From positions 19,716,001 through 19,780,000 of the forward strand of contig CM106585.1 in assembly GCA_048013815.1 (NCBI GenBank): a stretch of 64,000 nt of DNA. The letters are read 5' to 3'. The stretch is from Setoptus koraiensis. Taxonomy: Eukaryota; Animalia; Arthropoda. How positions within the stretch are numbered: position 1 is the stretch's first letter; the number at the start of each line of letters is the position of its first letter. The notes beneath the pieces were generated by a model, which worked only from the letters and a program-made list of their open reading frames with translations, did no database searches and was not told the origin of the DNA. Below, in pieces: positions 11,424 through 22,814 of this stretch. A program made the position numbers and the translations under genes.

Positions 11424-12616
11424 TCAACTGCGACTCACTTCTATCTCACTCAAATCTATGTGAAATAACATCTGAGCTAGAATCTGTGAGGACTCTGAAC
11501 CAAAAGACAATTCTGCCTTAATCAAGTCAACGAAATTGTTATACGTTCCAAGCCATTTCTTGTCACCATGACTCACTACACGTTCTCTCAAACATTGAAA
11601 TATGTCAAACAATTTTGTCTGGAATTCATTCTCATTCATAAGGTCAAAGAAGTACTTCGTCACGCACGCGGTGTCTTCATCTGTGATGCCTTCAGGACAG
11701 CCTACCCATTCTGAAATTAGACTGCAGATACTGTCCAGATCGGTAACACCGCAGATATTTGCACGCCCAGTGGGTTCGTTGAGCATTATTGGTTTGCAAT
11801 TAGAGGTGTCAAATTTGGCCTCGTTGGTGGCAACTTTCGTTGAATCGTTGCTCAACTCTGAAGAGATTGCTTCAGGTTGCTTCTTGGAAGTGCTTGGCAT
11901 AATTTGAAGGTCCTTAGTAGTTTTAGTGAACATGTTTCTGATATCTCTTGACTTTGGAGGTTCTTTGTGGAGGATTGACTTATTTTTCTTAGAATTTTGT
12001 TTCCGATACTGTCTTCTCAATTGATTGCTTGCTTCCTCTTCTGATATCTCAAAACCATCAAGAGAGGATGTATTTGTTTCTAGTTCAATGACAGAGGATT
12101 TGCCTCTTGGTTGATCGGAAAAAATTTGATATTCTTTATATGGCAAAAGTCTCTTTTGAGCAACGGACTCAGTAATCCATTCTGGCCTAACAATCCTGTC
12201 GTCTGGCCTAAGTTGTTTTATTTTAGCAAATGATAGGCTAGTGGCAATCATAAATTTAGTTGTTTGATATCTATAGTATGGATGGTATTCGCCGCCATTT
12301 AATAGGACTAACCGCTTTAATTCATCTGCAGTCGGTTTTGTGCGTCCATTCACATTGATAGAAACTCCATTGAAGATATCAGTTTTCATGGATTTGTGTC
12401 TGTGTTTGAGAACTTCACGTATTTCTTCATTTTGGTCTGCAAGCTTGTGCTTCTTTGCCTGCATGTAACCTGAGTATTGACAAAAAACAAAAGAGTTAGT
12501 ATTCATGCATTGTTGTAATATGTGTGCACTCTCTAATTTTGAGAAAATTGCTCACCCTTTCCATCCATAAAACCATTGGTTCTGTTAAAAGTGTTTAGTC
12601 CGGACCTATCTCCCAT
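11424..12616 (-). CDS. REV1: REV1 homolog reduced to BRCT plus the C-terminal polymerase-interaction domain: join(12556..12616, 11424..12469), about 368 aa
   Basis: The N-terminal GYMQAKKHKL and BRCT (IFNGVSINVNGRTKPTADELKRLVLLNGG...TTKFMIATSL...IVRPEWITESV) match REV1. The C-terminus (NICGVTDLDSICSLISEWV...EDTACVTKYFFDLM) resembles the REV1 CTD. An 86-bp GT-AG intron lies at 12470-12555. Confidence 0.88.
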
Positions 12617-12934
12617 GGTTCGATAGTGTTGTCCGTAGGCCTTGCATTACCGAAATTAGTAGCTGATCATTGGGTGATCAGTAAATAAAAATGGTGCGAT
12701 TGCTCCCTGTGTTATGACAATGAATTGTTTGCAATCTATGCAATCTATAATCTTTAGTTATTATTTTACTATAACTAAAGATTTTACTGATGGATAGATA
12801 ATGTGGGATTTATAAAAATAATATGCATAGATGGATATTTGCTATCGCAGTGTTGCTCATTAAACGCACTGTGTGAGAGCGTTGGGACAGCCCAACAGCA
12901 GTATCAGGTGGTGCCCAATGAAAACAAACGGCGA

Positions 12935-12997
12935 AAACAACAACAACGGCAACAACGGCAACAACTGCAACAACAGCAACAACAGCAACAACAGCAG
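12935..12997. repeat. CAA/CAG trinucleotide repeat
   Basis: Visible directly, between the REV1 and DRAM start codons. Confidence 0.9.
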
Positions 12998-13771
12998 CGG
13001 CGCCTACAAGAGAAACGTATTTTGTGTCACACACAAGCACCATTGTACCACTGGCATTACATGTATGATTATTCTGCTTCCAATATACTGTTAATGTTGA
13101 CACTGACGAATGCTAACAATAGTTTGAGTATTACCATTATTATTACCATTGCATTTATTATCACCTAAACAAATCTAATCAAAATCAATTATTATTATTC
13201 ATCATCATTGATATCATCAGCGATCTTGATTGATCACGATTGAAAAAATTCTCACTAATAAGGTGGCTATTTTCAAACCACATTACGTCATTGATAAATA
13301 AACACTGGGTGGTGGTGGTGGCGGCGGACCAACAGCCAGACAATATCGAACAATCAAAGAATAAGAAGAAGCAGCCAATGTCTTTACATATACATCTATT
13401 AGCTATCGGCCATTGTTATTATTATTAGATCCCACCAATAGAGAAATTACGACATCCATTATAAAAACCTGATGGAAATATCTCACAATCAGAAAAAAAT
13501 ATATCAATCTATCAGTCAGTTCACGGTGCACACCTTTTAATACATCGGCAATAACAAGCATGAGTTATCTTTGTTACCTGTCGATTAACCATAACATTAG
13601 CAACGTTCCCTTTGTTTGGACTTGAGCACAGTCTATCATCATTATTAAATAACACTGCTATTACACATAAAACATAATAGCTACTTAACCACCCTTCATC
13701 ATACAAATAGAGGCTTTTGTGATCAATATTTGAGTCAATTGAACCCAAGCAATCTCTAGATCACAGTCAAC

Positions 13772-14786
13772 ATGTTGAGCAAAGTGCATTATTTACCTAT
13801 TATCACCTTCATATTGATGCCGTCCAGTTTCATCATCACGTAAGTGCCATACTCATAACAACAGGCCAAAACACTTATCAAACAACGAGCCTATCTAATG
13901 CCCATCTCACTAACACTATCTTCCATCGTATTCAACCCGTGTTAACAAAACCATTGTTTTCCTCTTGTCTACTTGTCAATCTATGCACATCAGTTATCTG
14001 ATATCTATCTTTTTGGGGCATGTTGAGGTGACATTTCCCTACATATCGGACACTGGCGTACATGTACCAGAGAGTTGTATATTTAGTCAATTATTTAACA
14101 TTGTGTCCTTCCTAATGGCGGCCAACATTTATATTAGATACAAACAAGTGGAACAACAATGTAGAGATCATCTATTGCCAGACACAAATAGAGTGCTGTC
14201 AAGGAACAGACTTGCATTATTTGTTGGACTATTATCGTGTCTTGGACTATCGATAGTGGCCAACTTTCAAGAATTACAACTATTCACTATCCACATAATT
14301 GGCGGCTTCTCAGCATTTGGCTTTGGCCTCGTTTATTTGTGGCTACAAACTCACTCCTCCTACATGATGTATCCCATAGTCAAATCAGGTTTATTCGTTG
14401 CTAGAATTCGACTAGCACTCAGTATTATATTGACATGTACTTTTATCGTTAGCGGTGTGCTGGGCCCACTCTCTATGAGATACTTTCATGGTCGAGATCC
14501 AACAAAATGGCAACCAGACGATGGTGGTTACCTGTTTCATGTGATAAGCTCCATCAGTGAATGGTTGTCGGCTTTTGCGATTGACTTTTTTATTTTGAGT
14601 TTCGCCCATGAGTTCAAATATATGAGTATAAGCTCTCCAAAGTTCTACATTCTATCTACTGTTATTAACATTGAGGAGCGAAGGTCGATTGACTCGAATT
14701 ACGGCATCAATGTTGTCACATCCGATATCAGCAGAAGTCAGAGGGCATCCAGACAGACAAGGAATAGAGATCTAATGACAAGGTAG
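13772..14786 (+). CDS. DRAM: DRAM/Frag1/Sfk1-family membrane protein: join(13772..13839, 13994..14786), about 286 aa
   Basis: Exon 1 (MLSKVHYLPIITFILMPSSFII) ends at GTAAGT. Exon 2 contains FPYISDTG..PESCIFSQLFN, IVANFQE and SEW, with six hydrophobic segments. Confidence 0.88.
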
Positions 14787-16160
14787 GTTCTTGATGACTG
14801 CTGATGGAACCATTTTCTAGTATTGTTATCTCTCTAATTATGATTCCATCCTAACCCCACTCGTCTTTCTCTAATTTCAACTCACAATTCAGATCAATGT
14901 CTGAGGCGGATCAAGTTATAGGTTAAGAATGAATTAACAGTCAACAAGAGTGTCCACTCCCACACTATTGTACCCGACAATCAATCATGAATAAAAAAAG
15001 AGTCTATGATTTTCAGCTACTCTCTAGAATGATCTTCTCATCACTTCTGACCGCATTGAATTTGGGTTTAAATGCACCTTTGCGCATAATCTATTACATA
15101 GACTACCGCAGTGAGTGCAACATCACTTCGTCAACTAGTTTACTTTGTTGTTGGAGTGATGTTACATGCCAGTAGATAACAGTATCGCAATTATCGAGTT
15201 TGTCCGAATGTACTATACAATCTGAACCCGCTCTCACCCTGTGCTTAATTGTGAAATTTGCATATCTACTGTGCACTACGAATTTCACAAATTCTGCACA
15301 AGGGAAGAGAGAGCAACGAAAGTTGTTGTACTATTTGCGACCATGTCTAATCGCAATCGCGATCTCTAGAGTGGGCGATGGTCTTTCGCTTGCTAGAGAG
15401 GACGTTGACAACATGTCGCAAACACACTCACATACAGACTGTATGATATTGGTGAGGATTTGCAACATGGAGAGAGGATTCTAGATTTGCCAAGACTTTT
15501 CTGCGCAGACCGCACAAATGCGTGACTTATGCGGCTTTGTGGTGCACATTATCCCGATCGATTTATACGGCATGATGATGTTCGCGTGTGGAAGCGCATA
15601 GAAACGCTCAGAAAGATCGTACTCTATCTGTCATACACAGTCAGTCTCTATGTCCTTTTCACGTTGCATCTGGATGACAGCAAGAGTTGGTGTAAATGTG
15701 AAAATTGTTATGTCAACCGCTCCTCCCCCCCATGCACAATTATGACTGTTGCACATTTACGCAATAATGGGAATTTCGCTAATTATGCATGATTGAATTG
15801 GCAGCATTTTTTGGGCCAAATCTCGATGCAACATGTTGTCGGAATTGGCAGGTGCATAGCGAATTTGTAAATGTTATTGTGGTGCAAACGCAAGTGCACC
15901 ATGCGCAACCATGTGAGATATGTACGTTGAATTGCATTCAACAATTGCGCACATGGGGACTGATGGGGGAAAAGGGGTGTATTCGACCGACGAGATCTAG
16001 AAAATTTATTGAATTTATCATTCAGTGCACATCTATATATATGCGTGACAACAATGACAAACACCAATACCAATCATTATATATGATTGATATTATTTGA
16101 ATATTAGTCCTCACAACGTCACCACAATACAATATCGGAATCTGATCGGAATAGAGAACA

Positions 16161-19100
16161 ATGGATCAGCCAGTAGTGAAGATTCTCACGTTGGAGGCAG
16201 GACAAAATCACGACACAGACTTGCTAAATTTCGATAAAGGTTCCTCAGTGAAAATAGTGCCAGGCGCCAGCTTATTTGAGTATGATAAAATCAAAATCTG
16301 GACAAATTATCCCGTCAAGGGCAAAGAATTTGTTCGTGCCAACTATACAGAATTGACGCTCAATTATGGCGGCGACGTCAAAAACAACATCGTGGGCCGC
16401 TGCATGAACTGGTCGGCAAGTATAAAATTCACCATTCCAGGCAGTTACCATTATTATTTTGGACCGGCCAACGGCTCAAATAACAATCAACAGATACTTG
16501 GCTCGGGCTATTTTCAAGTGAGGCCCAAACTGAGCCTGCCCCTGGACTGCATTCAATGTCAAACAGTGCTGAGCAAAAATCTCGGCACCATCGACACTTG
16601 GCGCGACGTGCTCGCTGTCAGCTATCAATCAGGCTACAACATGGTCCATTTCACGCCCGTTCAAGTGCTAGGCGGCAGCAATTCTGCCTACTCCATAGCG
16701 AATCAGCTCGACATTAATCCAACTTTTGCGCCCGCCTCATCAAAGTCTGCCTCGTCCAAGTCGCTCGTGGACGAAGTGGCCAAAGTCGTCAAATTCATGA
16801 ATGACGAATGGAAAATGCTGTCCATTACGGATATTGTGTTGAATCACACAGCCAACGAGAGCAACTGGCTCTTGGATCATCCCGAGTCCGCTTACAATTG
16901 CCTCAATTCGCCACATTTAAGGCCGGCCTATTTGTTGGACAGGGCCGTGTACGCGCTCACCTACGACATGATGAATTTGCGCTGGCTAACCACTCATTCT
17001 TTGGGCAACCATGTGACCAGTGAGAACGATGTTAGATTAGTCAGACTTCTGCTCACCTCTTTTTATTTGCCCCAGCTCAGGTTGTACGAAATGTTCATGG
17101 TGGACGTCAATGAGGCAGTGGCTCAGTTCACGCTGTCCACAACAGGTACTACCAACACATCCGATGGTCCTTTAATTGTCCAAGATAGGCTGTACAGGCG
17201 CTTCAAATCTCAGGTGAACATGAGTGTTGCCCTGGCAAGGACAAGAGATGTTGATGAGTTCAGAAGTATTGTTGAAGAGGAGAATCGACGCATCAAGCGA
17301 ACGGTCGAAGACCACTTGGCCGCTGCTCTGGATAACATTTTCTCGGCCATTAGATACGAACGTCTGGATGACAACGGACCCAAGCTGAATGTTGTCTCAT
17401 TGTCAACGCCACTCGTTGCGCCCTACTTTCAGAACCTCAAACATTCTGGAAGCCGTGTTGTGTTGAGCGAAGAGGAAACCATGATGTATGAACAGGGCCA
17501 ATATTTGATGGCTCACAATGGCTGGGTTATGGGCTTTGATTCATTGAAGGATTTTGCCGCTGAGGGCAGTCTCATATATTTGCGACGCGAGCTCATCGCC
17601 TGGGGCGACTCAATAAAGTTACGTTATGGAGATAAACCCGAGGATTGCCCTTATCTGTGGGATCACATGAAAAAATACGTCCAACAACAGGCCAAGATTT
17701 TCCACGGCATAAGATTGGACAATTGTCACTCGACGCCCATACACGTCGCCCAGTACATGCTTGACGCAGCTAGATCAGTGAGGCCCGATTTGTACATTAT
17801 TGCGGAACTGTTTACTTCGTCAGAGCAAACTGACAATATTTTCATCAACAAATTGGGCATTACCTCACTTGTTAGAGAGTCCATGTCAGCGTCAAATTGT
17901 CGGGAATTAGGCCGACTGATGTATCGATTTGGCGGCGAAGCGGTGGGAGCTTTCCATCATGCGCCTGGCAGTCAGCCTTTGAGACCATCAATTGCTCACG
18001 CAATATTTTATGATCAGACTCACGACAACGAGTCTCCATTGATCAGGAGGACTCCCTATGATAGTCAAGCCACCAGCTCAATAGTGTCGATGGCGTGTTG
18101 CGCCTCCGGAACAAACCGAGGCTATGATGAGCTTGTGCCACATCATATTAGTGTTGTTGGCGAGAAAAGACTGTATCAATCGTGGACCAAGGACCCGAAA
18201 GTGGCCGTGTTGGGCGATGGTGAGGTGAATTTCGACACAGGAATCATCTCACTGAGGTATCTCATTAATGAATTGCATTCGCGGCTATATTCTGAGGGTT
18301 TTTCAGAGATATTCGTTGACCAGGTGGATGAAAATGTTTTGGCCATCACTAGGCACAATCCACATACATGTCGATCGATAATTCTTGTTGCCAGAACTGC
18401 CTTTGATAAAGCAGAAGATCCAAACATTGTCGGGCCCACAATACGCTCTATATTTGTGCCGGGAACTATCAAAAAGGTACTGTTTGAGTCTGTTATGATT
18501 GGAGATCCTGCCGATTACAAACGCAATGATAAATATATCAACGGACTGAGCTCGTTCCAATCTAAAATACTCAACGAGCACGTTGCTCCCGAACAAGCTA
18601 AACTGGTGCAGATAGATTTGTCGCAGGCGAACCAGGCCGAGGTTATATTCAACAAATTTGTTCCATCGTCTGTCTTGGCGCTGGAGTCGCACGCCAGCAT
18701 AAGCCAATCGGATGCCCTGATTAAGATCAACAATTGGCTCAATCAGCATATGCAAACCAATGGCAATACTGTTGTCATTCCACAAGTGATAAAAAACTTG
18801 ACAATGGCCGACATTAACTACATTTTGTACAGATGCGAGGGCGAGCAGGACGACGATCACGTTTATGATCTGCCAAATCATGGCAAATTCCCATATTGTG
18901 GATTCCAAGGATTCATGTTCACGTTGTCGCATGTGCACGATCAACAAGACCAGGCCCATCCGTTGTGCTGCAACTTGCGAGCGGGCAATTGGCTGATAGA
19001 TCACACTTTGGATCGACTGTCACGACGTAAATCACTGGAGAAATTTCACGAATTCTTGGAGGAACCCCTAGAGGCGGTGAAATTGTTGCCCAGGTCAATT

Positions 19101-20711
19101 GTGCCCAAATACTTTGATATGGTCATAATGAGCGTATATAATCTAATTGTCGATCACAAGTTGCCAGGCGAAATGGGTCAATTCGTGGCCACTGGACCAA
19201 GATTTGTCAAGCGATTGGCTCTGTCTAGTGTGGCCCTGGTGGGACAGTCCACGAGTGCCCCATTGGCCCCATGGAAGCAGGAAAAAGTTATCGTGAATGG
19301 CAATGCAGGCGCCATCGCTGAATCTTCGTTGCCGTTGCAATTTCCTACGTGCGTTTCCATTGCAGCGGGTCTGCCTCATTTTGCCAACGGATACATGAGA
19401 AATTGGGGCCGTGACACATTCATCGCCATGCGAGGACTAATGTTATTGACGGGTCGCTTTGACGATGCACGAAACATTATATTGTCGTTTGCGGCCACAC
19501 TTCGCCACGGTCTAATACCGAACTTGCTCGACAGGGGCTCCAACGCCCGTTACAATTGTCGCGATGCTGTCTGGTGGTGGCTGTACTGCATCAAAGAATA
19601 CATCGAGTTGTCGCCCAACGGGCAGGGTCTGGCACTACTCGAGGAACAAGTTCGTCGCTTGTATCCGTATGATTATAGCCAGCCCGATTTGGTGGCCGAT
19701 GTTACCGGCAGAGTGCAGCCATTGTGTGGCATCATGCAAGAGGCCATTGAGCGACACTTCGACGGAATAGATTTCGTCGAAAGAAACGCCGGAAAAGCCA
19801 TAGACGAGCACATGACAGAGCCCGGTTTCCATGTTTGTATAGATGTGGATAGAAGCACGGGCTTTGTGCACGGTGGCAATCAGTGGAACTGCGGCACTTG
19901 GATGGACAAAATGGGCAGCTCCGAGAAAGCAAACACCAAGGGCAGGCCCGCTTCGCCGCGAGATGGAGCCGCCGTGGAGATTGTGGGCCTCAGTTATGCC
20001 GTCATCAAGTGGCTCTCGAAATTGGCAAGTAAAGGAAAGTACCGCTACAAGGGGGTCGTTTCGAAGAAGAACAACGTCAAATGGTCTTGGGCAGAATGGT
20101 CCGCTAAAATCGAAAACAACTTTGAGAAGGAATTCTGGATTGAAGGAAAGGCGGCCCAGGCCCGAACTAATGTCTACAAAGATTTATGGAAATGTGAAAA
20201 CGAAACGCACGCCTACATGTTCCGGCCCAATTTCCTAGTGGCAATGGTGGTCGCACCGGAACTGTTCAGCGCCGATAAGGCCCGTCAATGCCTAGAGACA
20301 ACCAGGCAATTTCTTGTGGGACCTCTCGGAATGAAGACTTTGGACCCCGAATCGGCCCATTACTGTGGCGACTACGACAATTCTAATGACGGCCACGATT
20401 CCATGACGGCCCACGGATACAATTATCATCAGGGGCCCGAGTGGCTCTGGTTGACTGGTTATTATCTGAGGGCTCAATTGAAATTCAACGCCAAGGACAA
20501 TAAAGTGAAATTTCAGGAGAATGTCAAACACGTTAAGCAATTGCTGGCCAATCATTACAAACACCTCGAGCAGAATGCATGGTTTGGTTTGCCTGAGCTA
20601 ACTAACTCGAATGGCCAATTTTGCAAGGACAGTTGTCCAATTCAGGCCTGGTCAATCGGCACCATAATGGAGGCGGTGTACGAGCTGTCCAAAATGAAGG
20701 CGATCGCCTGA
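16161..20711 (+). CDS. AGL: Glycogen debranching enzyme (4-alpha-glucanotransferase/amylo-1,6-glucosidase), intronless, 1516 aa
   Basis: [61 protein letters not shown] and QAWS motifs. Confidence 0.98.
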   Translation: MDQPVVKILTLEAGQNHDTDLLNFDKGSSVKIVPGASLFEYDKIKIWTNYPVKGKEFVRANYTELTLNYGGDVKNNIVGRCMNWSASIKFTIPGSYHYYFGPANGSNNNQQILGSGYFQVRPKLSLPLDCIQCQTVLSKNLGTIDTWRDVLAVSYQSGYNMVHFTPVQVLGGSNSAYSIANQLDINPTFAPASSKSASSKSLVDEVAKVVKFMNDEWKMLSITDIVLNHTANESNWLLDHPESAYNCLNSPHLRPAYLLDRAVYALTYDMMNLRWLTTHSLGNHVTSENDVRLVRLLLTSFYLPQLRLYEMFMVDVNEAVAQFTLSTTGTTNTSDGPLIVQDRLYRRFKSQVNMSVALARTRDVDEFRSIVEEENRRIKRTVEDHLAAALDNIFSAIRYERLDDNGPKLNVVSLSTPLVAPYFQNLKHSGSRVVLSEEETMMYEQGQYLMAHNGWVMGFDSLKDFAAEGSLIYLRRELIAWGDSIKLRYGDKPEDCPYLWDHMKKYVQQQAKIFHGIRLDNCHSTPIHVAQYMLDAARSVRPDLYIIAELFTSSEQTDNIFINKLGITSLVRESMSASNCRELGRLMYRFGGEAVGAFHHAPGSQPLRPSIAHAIFYDQTHDNESPLIRRTPYDSQATSSIVSMACCASGTNRGYDELVPHHISVVGEKRLYQSWTKDPKVAVLGDGEVNFDTGIISLRYLINELHSRLYSEGFSEIFVDQVDENVLAITRHNPHTCRSIILVARTAFDKAEDPNIVGPTIRSIFVPGTIKKVLFESVMIGDPADYKRNDKYINGLSSFQSKILNEHVAPEQAKLVQIDLSQANQAEVIFNKFVPSSVLALESHASISQSDALIKINNWLNQHMQTNGNTVVIPQVIKNLTMADINYILYRCEGEQDDDHVYDLPNHGKFPYCGFQGFMFTLSHVHDQQDQAHPLCCNLRAGNWLIDHTLDRLSRRKSLEKFHEFLEEPLEAVKLLPRSIVPKYFDMVIMSVYNLIVDHKLPGEMGQFVATGPRFVKRLALSSVALVGQSTSAPLAPWKQEKVIVNGNAGAIAESSLPLQFPTCVSIAAGLPHFANGYMRNWGRDTFIAMRGLMLLTGRFDDARNIILSFAATLRHGLIPNLLDRGSNARYNCRDAVWWWLYCIKEYIELSPNGQGLALLEEQVRRLYPYDYSQPDLVADVTGRVQPLCGIMQEAIERHFDGIDFVERNAGKAIDEHMTEPGFHVCIDVDRSTGFVHGGNQWNCGTWMDKMGSSEKANTKGRPASPRDGAAVEIVGLSYAVIKWLSKLASKGKYRYKGVVSKKNNVKWSWAEWSAKIENNFEKEFWIEGKAAQARTNVYKDLWKCENETHAYMFRPNFLVAMVVAPELFSADKARQCLETTRQFLVGPLGMKTLDPESAHYCGDYDNSNDGHDSMTAHGYNYHQGPEWLWLTGYYLRAQLKFNAKDNKVKFQENVKHVKQLLANHYKHLEQNAWFGLPELTNSNGQFCKDSCPIQAWSIGTIMEAVYELSKMKAIA

Positions 20712-20980
20712 TTATTATTGCGCAAACTGTTATGTATGCGCTAACCGATTTATTATTGTTATTTGCTACATCTTTTTATGGAGATTATTTAGTTTAGAAT
20801 ATTTAGTCAGCGTGTGTCTATCAGATACTATAAAACTCATTCAAATAAATCATCAATGTTGTTGGGCCTAGCAGTGCTATAGCCAGTAAAGGAAAAATAA
20901 TTAGCCTTTGATTGTGTAATATAATTATAATTGTTATAATTGACTTAATTTAGCATCGCCGACTGAATTGATCAATACAA

Positions 20981-21955
20981 TCAAGTCTGATGGGCTGAAT
21001 ATTTCGCCATTGAATTGATGAGGCTCTTGAAGGTGAACAAGAGCTGCTCGTTGTTGATCAACGGACTCAACTGGCTGAATAGGCTCTCCGACAGGCTCGT
21101 CTGACGCTTCTTTCGACCATTGACCGTTGTAGACGAGCTTGGTCCCGTTAGACTGACCGCTCCCTGCTGACCCGGCTGGCCTAGTCCGCTGTTCATATTC
21201 ATCATGAACAGGTAGAGCAATATGAATGGTCCGCCTAAAACTATAGCGCCAATAACAACAGCAACTGCCACACAAACTATCTCACTGATACCAAAACCAC
21301 TGCTCAATAAGGGAAAACTGCTCGACCAAGAGGGCGATGTGGCCGCCGCCATCGACGACCCATAATAAGCCGGGTGACCGGCGCTACCATAGGCACTGCT
21401 AGAGTGCATGCTAGGGTAACCGGCCGGATGTGTGTCCAGGGTGTTGTAGCCGGCAGAAGTTGGATAAACGCCGGCGGTTCCCAGTTGTTGATTGCCGTAG
21501 CCCAATTCTAGTTGTTGGCCGTAACTCGTTTGAGCCGAGTCGTACTGGCGCCCGTTACGGCCACCGGTGCGATTGTGCTGTTGATTGGCTGTCTTTTTCT
21601 TCTTAGACGACTGGTGCTTTACCTGTTGTTGTTGCTGATTTTGGAGCGCCATCGATGATTTGTTGGTTGCGTCATCTTGAGCGACCACGGTCTCATTGAC
21701 GCCGCTCACCTGATGTTGGAGATAATTGTTTATTGAGCCGCTTGCATTTGAATTGTCTGCTTCACCGATTGCGGACACTGCATCTACAAGTGGCGCGGAA
21801 TGTGTTGCTGTGGCCAATTGATCGACGAAAGACGAAGATTGTTGCTGTTGTTGTTGTGATATGTTGTCGCTGCTGTTTGCTGATATTTCGTTGATGGCAA
21901 ACGAGGCCAGTATCAACAACATGCAGGCTGTGAATGCCAGAGACGACGACCACAT
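20981..21955 (-). CDS. Uncharacterised secreted/membrane protein (the ORF is open up to 22162)
   Basis: A signal-like MWSSSLAFTACMLLILASFA, a Q/S/G/Y-rich ectodomain, a hydrophobic stretch (IVCVAVAVVIGAIVLGGPFILLYLF) and an RKKR furin-type site. No family could be named. Confidence 0.7.
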   Translation of the reverse strand: MWSSSLAFTACMLLILASFAINEISANSSDNISQQQQQQSSSFVDQLATATHSAPLVDAVSAIGEADNSNASGSINNYLQHQVSGVNETVVAQDDATNKSSMALQNQQQQQVKHQSSKKKKTANQQHNRTGGRNGRQYDSAQTSYGQQLELGYGNQQLGTAGVYPTSAGYNTLDTHPAGYPSMHSSSAYGSAGHPAYYGSSMAAATSPSWSSSFPLLSSGFGISEIVCVAVAVVIGAIVLGGPFILLYLFMMNMNSGLGQPGQQGAVSLTGPSSSTTVNGRKKRQTSLSESLFSQLSPLINNEQLLFTFKSLINSMAKYSAHQT

Positions 21956-22814
21956 AATTGATGGTCTCTTATTGACTTGATCTTGTTGCTGTTGCTTGTT
22001 TGTTGTCATTAGACACACTGTTGTCCACTTGTTGAATATTGAGGATTTCATTGCACGCGGACGGATAGGAGGATAGGTGCTGGAAATTGGTTGGATTGGC
22101 CGAAGTGCAATCATGAAGCGACGAAAAGGATAAATGGACAGTCGAGCAGCTAGCGATCGCATTTTTATCGTGTCAGTGAGAGGCTCGTCTGATTTTGACG
22201 GCTCTCTGACATAGGTCTGGAAGACACAGGTAGGCAGGTTAGGCTTAGGGAAAGTGTCCAGTGGAAACGGGGACGCATTTTACTTTCACTAAACGCTGTC
22301 ACTTAAAACGCTAAACGTCTGCCATTTAACTTAATTTGCCATTCGATTTTACGGTTAGGTAATGCATTCATGGCCCTACTGACGACGATGTCTCATTTAT
22401 TCTATCTGATGATTGCTGGCTGCGGCATTGTGCCAGCGGTTAAAGACTCCAACAACAACAATTGACCATTGTTGTCAAGACCCGAGACAGACAGTGGTGA
22501 CAGCTTGCAACAGTTACTTGCTCTCATCCATCTTGGCAAGCGAGCGTCACGACGAGCCAGTTTATTGGGTGTTGTTGTTTATTTGTAACGTTTTATTTGT
22601 AATGTTTCATGTTGCAAACAAATTCATAAATGCAAACAGCAAATTAAATATAGACATGATGCAGTGGACAGTGGCGCCAGTAGAGACGTCATTTCACTAT
22701 TCTTACTATTGCATCAGTGTTACCTTATCCCGACTAAGTATATGAAAGTGATGAGTTGTGTAATTGTAATGTCATTTGTCATTTACTACTGTATATATTG
22801 TATTATATAGTGTA

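Noticed and set aside
12470-13840. Head-to-head REV1 and DRAM as a co-regulated DNA-damage pair
   Set aside because: Divergent pairs are common in compact genomes, no shared response element was identified, and DRAM's damage link is established mainly in vertebrates.
22228-22252. TTAGG telomere-like motif cluster
   Set aside because: Only two or three degenerate units; not distinguishable from chance.
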